Below, one piece after another: positions 7,792-10,970 of a stretch of 10,970 nucleotides of DNA (position 1 is the stretch's first letter; each line of letters opens with the position of its first letter). Made by a program: the position numbers and the translations under genes. This DNA comes from Conexivisphaerales archaeon (GTDB taxonomy: Archaea; Thermoproteota; Nitrososphaeria; Conexivisphaerales; DTJL01). Below the pieces are notes generated by a model, which did no database searches, was not told the origin of the DNA, and saw only the letters and a list, made by a program, of their open reading frames with translations. The stretch lies in contig JBEKZX010000053.1 of assembly GCA_049509455.1 (NCBI GenBank), positions 1 through 10,970 of the forward strand. Reading direction: 5' to 3'.

Positions 7792-8802
7792 CTAAAAAGA
7801 GTTGCGCTTCAAAAGAGAGCCGTAGATGGAGACGAGCCTCCTCGCCACCTTGCCCATTTCGTGTGCCTCCAGCGCCGCCCTTCCTTCACGGGACAGGCTT
7901 GCGGCGAGCGCATCGTCCGACTGCAGCCGGCTCAGGGCAGCTGCGAAATCGACCGCGGTGCCGCCGAGGAGCGCGCTCTCGCCGTCCTGCAGGAGCCCCT
8001 CGTAGACTGGAAGGGCGCGGGCCACCACCGGCCTCCCTACGGCCATGGCCTCCAAGAGGGCGACCCCCTGGTTCTCCGCGAATGAGGGTGTGAAGAAGAA
8101 ATCGCAGCCGCAGTGCGCGTCGACTATATCGTCGACATCCTTCAGGAAGCGGACGTTGTCGGGGCACCGCCTGATGGCGTTGCTCACTATGATAGGATGA
8201 TAGAGTCTGGAGCGCCGGCCGACCCAGACGAATTCGAGGCCCGGCAGCGCCCTTGCCACGTCGGGCAGGACCTCGATCCCTTTCTTGACGCAGAGCACGC
8301 CGACGATGTATGCCACCTTCCTGTCGGCCGGCAGCCGGTACTTCTCCCTGAACCTCCGCCGTCGGTCCTCCTTGAAGCTGAACCTCTTCAAGTCGATTCC
8401 GTTGCTGAGCACTTCGACCGGAGCCCTGAGGCCCCTAGCCCGCAAGCGGCTCTTCGTCCAAGCGCTGGGCGCCAATACCAGGTCTCCCATATTGTAGAAG
8501 GCGGTGAGGTATCTACCTACGGCGCCCGACAGCGTGGTGCTCCCGGTCCAAGTCCCTTCGGTGTCCTCGGCAGTCGTGTGAGCATGGATCACCACGGGTA
8601 TGCCCCTCTTCTTGGCCCTCCTGACTTCGAAGGCGTTCCCCGGCGGTATAGGGGTATGGACGTGGAGGAGGTCGTATCTCTGGTCCGCCGGGTCGTCGGT
8701 CACTTCGACGCCCTCCTGCACCAGGGCATCCTTCAGCCTATTGGCCGACACGACGTTGCCCATCATGAGGCCGATGGGGGTCACGAGGAACTTGACTCTC
8801 AA
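7792..8802 (-). CDS. GT4 family glycosyltransferase resembling CpoA-type glycolipid glycosyltransferases
   Basis: Motifs YDLLHVHT, VVIHAHTTAED, YNMGDLVLAPS, SNGIDL, KKG, FVWVG and E-x7-E (ENQGVALLE). TTG start is preceded by GAAGG, with an in-frame stop just upstream. Confidence 0.9.
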   Translation of the reverse strand: MRVKFLVTPIGLMMGNVVSANRLKDALVQEGVEVTDDPADQRYDLLHVHTPIPPGNAFEVRRAKKRGIPVVIHAHTTAEDTEGTWTGSTTLSGAVGRYLTAFYNMGDLVLAPSAWTKSRLRARGLRAPVEVLSNGIDLKRFSFKEDRRRRFREKYRLPADRKVAYIVGVLCVKKGIEVLPDVARALPGLEFVWVGRRSRLYHPIIVSNAIRRCPDNVRFLKDVDDIVDAHCGCDFFFTPSFAENQGVALLEAMAVGRPVVARALPVYEGLLQDGESALLGGTAVDFAAALSRLQSDDALAASLSREGRAALEAHEMGKVARRLVSIYGSLLKRNSF

Positions 8803-8861
8803 CCTTCAGATCATCCCTGCAGACGATTCAGCAGGAGTACATTCTCTTGTGCGGGCCATGG

Positions 8862-8867
8862 TTATAA
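8862..8867. promoter_or_regulatory. Palindromic TATA-like element, possibly bidirectional
   Basis: TTATAA is the only strong TATA-like hexamer between the divergent GT4 start (8802) and the small ORF at 8912. Confidence 0.35.
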
Positions 8868-8911
8868 TCGTTCCAAGCAAAAAGCTGCTGGCTCGGACGC
8901 TCGCTGGCTGT

Positions 8912-9058
8912 GTGGAGCTTCAAGAGGAGGTCATGAGATACCTAAGCGTCAGGAAAGACTTGACAGAGTACATAAGAGATGGTCTCAAGCTGGCGCAAAC
9001 CCAACTGGATCAGGTAGAGTCCGACATCAAGAGAGTGCAGGCACGTTTTCCGGCCTAG
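8912..9058 (+). CDS. Small hypothetical coiled-coil protein, 41-48 aa
   Basis: MELQEEVMRYLSVRKDLTEYIRDGLKLAQTQLDQVESDIKRVQARFPA has a 3-4 hydrophobic periodicity. It lies outside any other gene. Alternative start is ATG 8933 after GAGGAGG. Confidence 0.5.
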   Translation: MELQEEVMRYLSVRKDLTEYIRDGLKLAQTQLDQVESDIKRVQARFPA

Positions 9059-9405
9059 TTTGGCCAAGCAAATCGATAGTCTATGGCTGGATCCCCGGAA
9101 GGTGAACGAGGGAATGCATATGAGGGGCATCAGCCGGTCGAATAGACATACGTGCACAGTCCTTCGGGATAGTTCTAGGGGCTGGACACATCCCGACTGA
9201 GTGTGTACCTAGCCCGAAACCAGTCCGAACATGCCGGCAAATGCGGGGAAAAGGGGACAAAACCACCAAAAGCGGACAGAAGAACGAGGCCTAAGGGACC
9301 CCTAAGGAGGTCTAAAAGAGTCGAATCTAGTCGAAACGCTAAAAGTCGAAGAAAAACGAAGAAAAGCAAGCAAAAGACGACATCGCAAGCGCTTACAAAT
9401 GGTTA

Positions 9406-9484
9406 CTTTTGACCCTCTAATCCTTGCTTTTGACCCTCAAATCCTTGCTTTTGACCCTCAAATCCTTGCTTCTAGCCCTAAAAT
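9406..9484. repeat. 21-bp tandem repeat, 3 copies plus a degenerate partial fourth
   Basis: CTTTTGACCCTC(T/A)AATCCTTG at 9406, 9427 and 9448. Copies 2 and 3 are identical and copy 1 has one mismatch. 9469-9484 matches 12 of 16 positions. There are no spacers. Confidence 0.95.
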
Positions 9485-9669
9485 GGTCGAGGAGAGTAAA
9501 AGCAACCAAAAGCAACCGGAAAAGGGGGACGCCCAACAGAAGCAATCATCGGCTAGTGACATGCTCGAACATGATGGAATATACCCGCATCTGCGGGAAT
9601 CTGCTGGCAATCTGGGCCAATCTGAACCCAACAGGAACCTGAATCTAGGCGAAGATTTGCGAATCCTCA

Positions 9670-9825
9670 AATAGTCGATTCCAGCCTTGAACTAGACATG
9701 GGAATCACAAAAGAGCAAAAAGGAAAAAGGGCGAAGAAGAAAGAAGCCATAAGGAGGAGGAAGAAGGCGTCGTCGATGTTCACAAAACGGTAGAGTTTTG
9801 CCTTAGAATAGTCGATTCCGGCCTT
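9670..9825. repeat. 19-bp direct repeat pair
   Basis: AATAGTCGATTCC(A/G)GCCTT at 9670-9688 and 9807-9825, one mismatch, 137 bp apart. Confidence 0.85.
9698..9793 (+). CDS. Possible small basic peptide, 31 aa
   Basis: MGITKEQKGKRAKKKEAIRRRKKASSMFTKR with 14 of 31 residues K/R. It could be a by-product of A/G-rich sequence. Confidence 0.2.
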   Translation: MGITKEQKGKRAKKKEAIRRRKKASSMFTKR

Positions 9826-10107
9826 AGATCAAGATGACAGAAGGAGCACGCCACTAGGAGGAAGGGGAAATCAAGCAGGAATTGCGGCGACAATCGGGAA
9901 AGAACCGGAAATAACCAGCACAAACGGCTTTGGGCCCATGTTCGCAGGTCCAAGCCTACATCTAAAGTCCGAATATGAATTTCGACGCCGGCGCACGCGA
10001 ACCAGAGCTCAGACTCGAGCTGGGCTGGAGAGCGCGCCCCATACTTGCATTCGTGCTCCTGGCATGGCCTCCGCTAAGCGAGAGAAGATGACTCATCTCG
10101 ACTCTGG

Positions 10108-10383
10108 CTACATCGCCAATGTTATTTCGATGCTGCTGACGTTGCTCATCGCGCCGGTTTCCGCGTCCTTCAGCTGTTCCGTGTCGATCTTGATGTCCTT
10201 GACCTTCGCGTTGGTGGCAAAGCGTTTCCTCACTATCTCGGCCGTATCGACAGCCGTGCTGATGGACCTCCCTCTAGCCTTGATGAGCACTTCGTTGGAC
10301 CCGCTCTCGAAGTGGATAAGGCACGCCTGTACGTAGGCCATTACCGGTTTCTTTCCGATGAATACGGTGTTAGGGGTTGACAT
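10108..10383 (-). CDS. albA: DNA/RNA-binding chromatin protein Alba
   Basis: [34 protein letters not shown] and SNVSSIEI are Alba hallmarks. ATG 10383 gives 91 aa. The longer start at 10410 lies only 5 nt from the TATA box. Confidence 0.96.
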   Translation of the reverse strand: MSTPNTVFIGKKPVMAYVQACLIHFESGSNEVLIKARGRSISTAVDTAEIVRKRFATNAKVKDIKIDTEQLKDAETGAMSNVSSIEITLAM

Positions 10384-10414
10384 TACTGTTACTTGTGGCC
10401 ACGGCGGCATGGGT

Positions 10415-10420
10415 CTTAAA
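10415..10420 (-). promoter_or_regulatory. TATA box candidate for alba
   Basis: TTTAAG on the minus strand, 32 nt upstream of ATG 10383. Confidence 0.5.
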
Positions 10421-10619
10421 CGTGTCCCAGCAGCCGGCCTTGGACTCTCTTGGGCCTTCTCTAGCCCTTTCGGGTTCCTCTGACTAAGCGAGAATCATCA
10501 GTTCGAATGCGACTTTGACTGCTTGGCGTCTGAACCGGGCCTGCCCTGGCAAATGGCCTTCGATAACAGTCTGACCTGCTCTTTATCTCATCGACTCTGC
10601 TCAAAATCCGAGTAGTTTC

Positions 10620-10970
10620 TTACCACTTCTTCTTTCCAAAGGAATCTGTAAGGAGCCTCACCTGCGCTTTGATCTCGTCAACCTCTTTTCTCAAAGCTAT
10701 GTTCTCCTTCTCTAGCTCTTCCAGCTTCAGGAGAGAGGGTCCTTTGACCTGCTCAAGGATCGTCAGTCCAGGGACGGCTCTAAGGTAGTCCTGCATGATC
10801 TCCTGACTCGTCGGCCGATAGTAGTTGTCCGCCAGCCCTACGCTGTGCCCCATGAGCATCTCCACATGCAGGGACTTCATCTGTTTCTCGCATGCGCTTT
10901 TGAAGAACTTCCTGAAACCATGGTCCACCTGGAACTCGTGCCTTCTCTTCCCTTCTGGAAGTGCCTTACG
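10620..10970 (-). mobile_element. Tyrosine recombinase/integrase, C-terminal part with coiled-coil tail; 5' end lies outside the window
   Basis: The frame is open from 10970: RKALPEGKRRHEFQVDHGFRKFF (HxxR), MLMGH (second His), then NYYRP (catalytic Tyr region), then LEELEKENIALRKEVDEIKAQV. Confidence 0.9.

Noticed and set aside
8113-9105. 330-aa plus-strand ORF (and 8600-9058 in its full length)
   Set aside because: Antisense shadow of the GC-rich GT4 gene with no motifs. Only the last 48 codons of 8600-9058 were kept.
9197-9220. Hammerhead ribozyme (CTGA...GAAAC)
   Set aside because: The core reads CTGAGTG rather than CTGANGA, and there is no stem II between the elements.
9406-9484. CRISPR array
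   Set aside because: The repeats abut with no spacers, and there are no cas genes in the window.
9247-9530. GGAAAAGGGG(G)AC copies at 9247 and 9518 as ORB G-strings
   Set aside because: The upstream TTCCAGTGGAAA-type inverted core of ORB elements is missing, and there is no cdc6 in the window.
9938-10336. 132-aa plus-strand ORF
   Set aside because: Mostly antisense to alba, with no motifs.
10501-10508. GTTCGAAT as a tRNA T-loop or att remnant
   Set aside because: The flanks ATCAG and GCGAC form only 2 of 5 T-stem pairs, and there is no acceptor or anticodon arm.
10535-10543. SRP RNA helix 8-like CAGGCCCGG on the minus strand
   Set aside because: It is not followed by the GGAA tetraloop and AGCAG half of the motif.

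Overview
Archaeal chromosomal segment. The evidence is an Alba gene, TATA boxes 25-28 nt upstream of several ATGs, and an integrase C-terminus of the type seen in Nitrososphaerota; the taxon is an inference. Positions 1-8800 are GC-rich and gene-dense: partial diacylglycerol-kinase-family gene, ArsR-HTH/V4R regulator, UspA, a 105-aa hypothetical, an AHSA1/SRPBCC protein, a PadR-DrrA-DrrB-type ABC exporter operon, and a three-gene cluster (MJ1255/GT28-like glycosyltransferase converging on a GT4 glycosyltransferase plus a short radical SAM enzyme). From about 9060 to 10070 there is about 1 kb of lower-GC, purine-skewed DNA with no recognisable gene. It holds a 21-bp tandem repeat, a dispersed degenerate 13-bp motif, helically phased pentamers and several hairpins. 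Alba and the 3' end of a tyrosine integrase follow, with no tRNA visible. The best leads are the repeat-structured region beside alba and the integrase, and the GT/radical SAM/GT cluster as a possible glycolipid head-group pathway. No database searches were run; all functional calls come from motif recognition.
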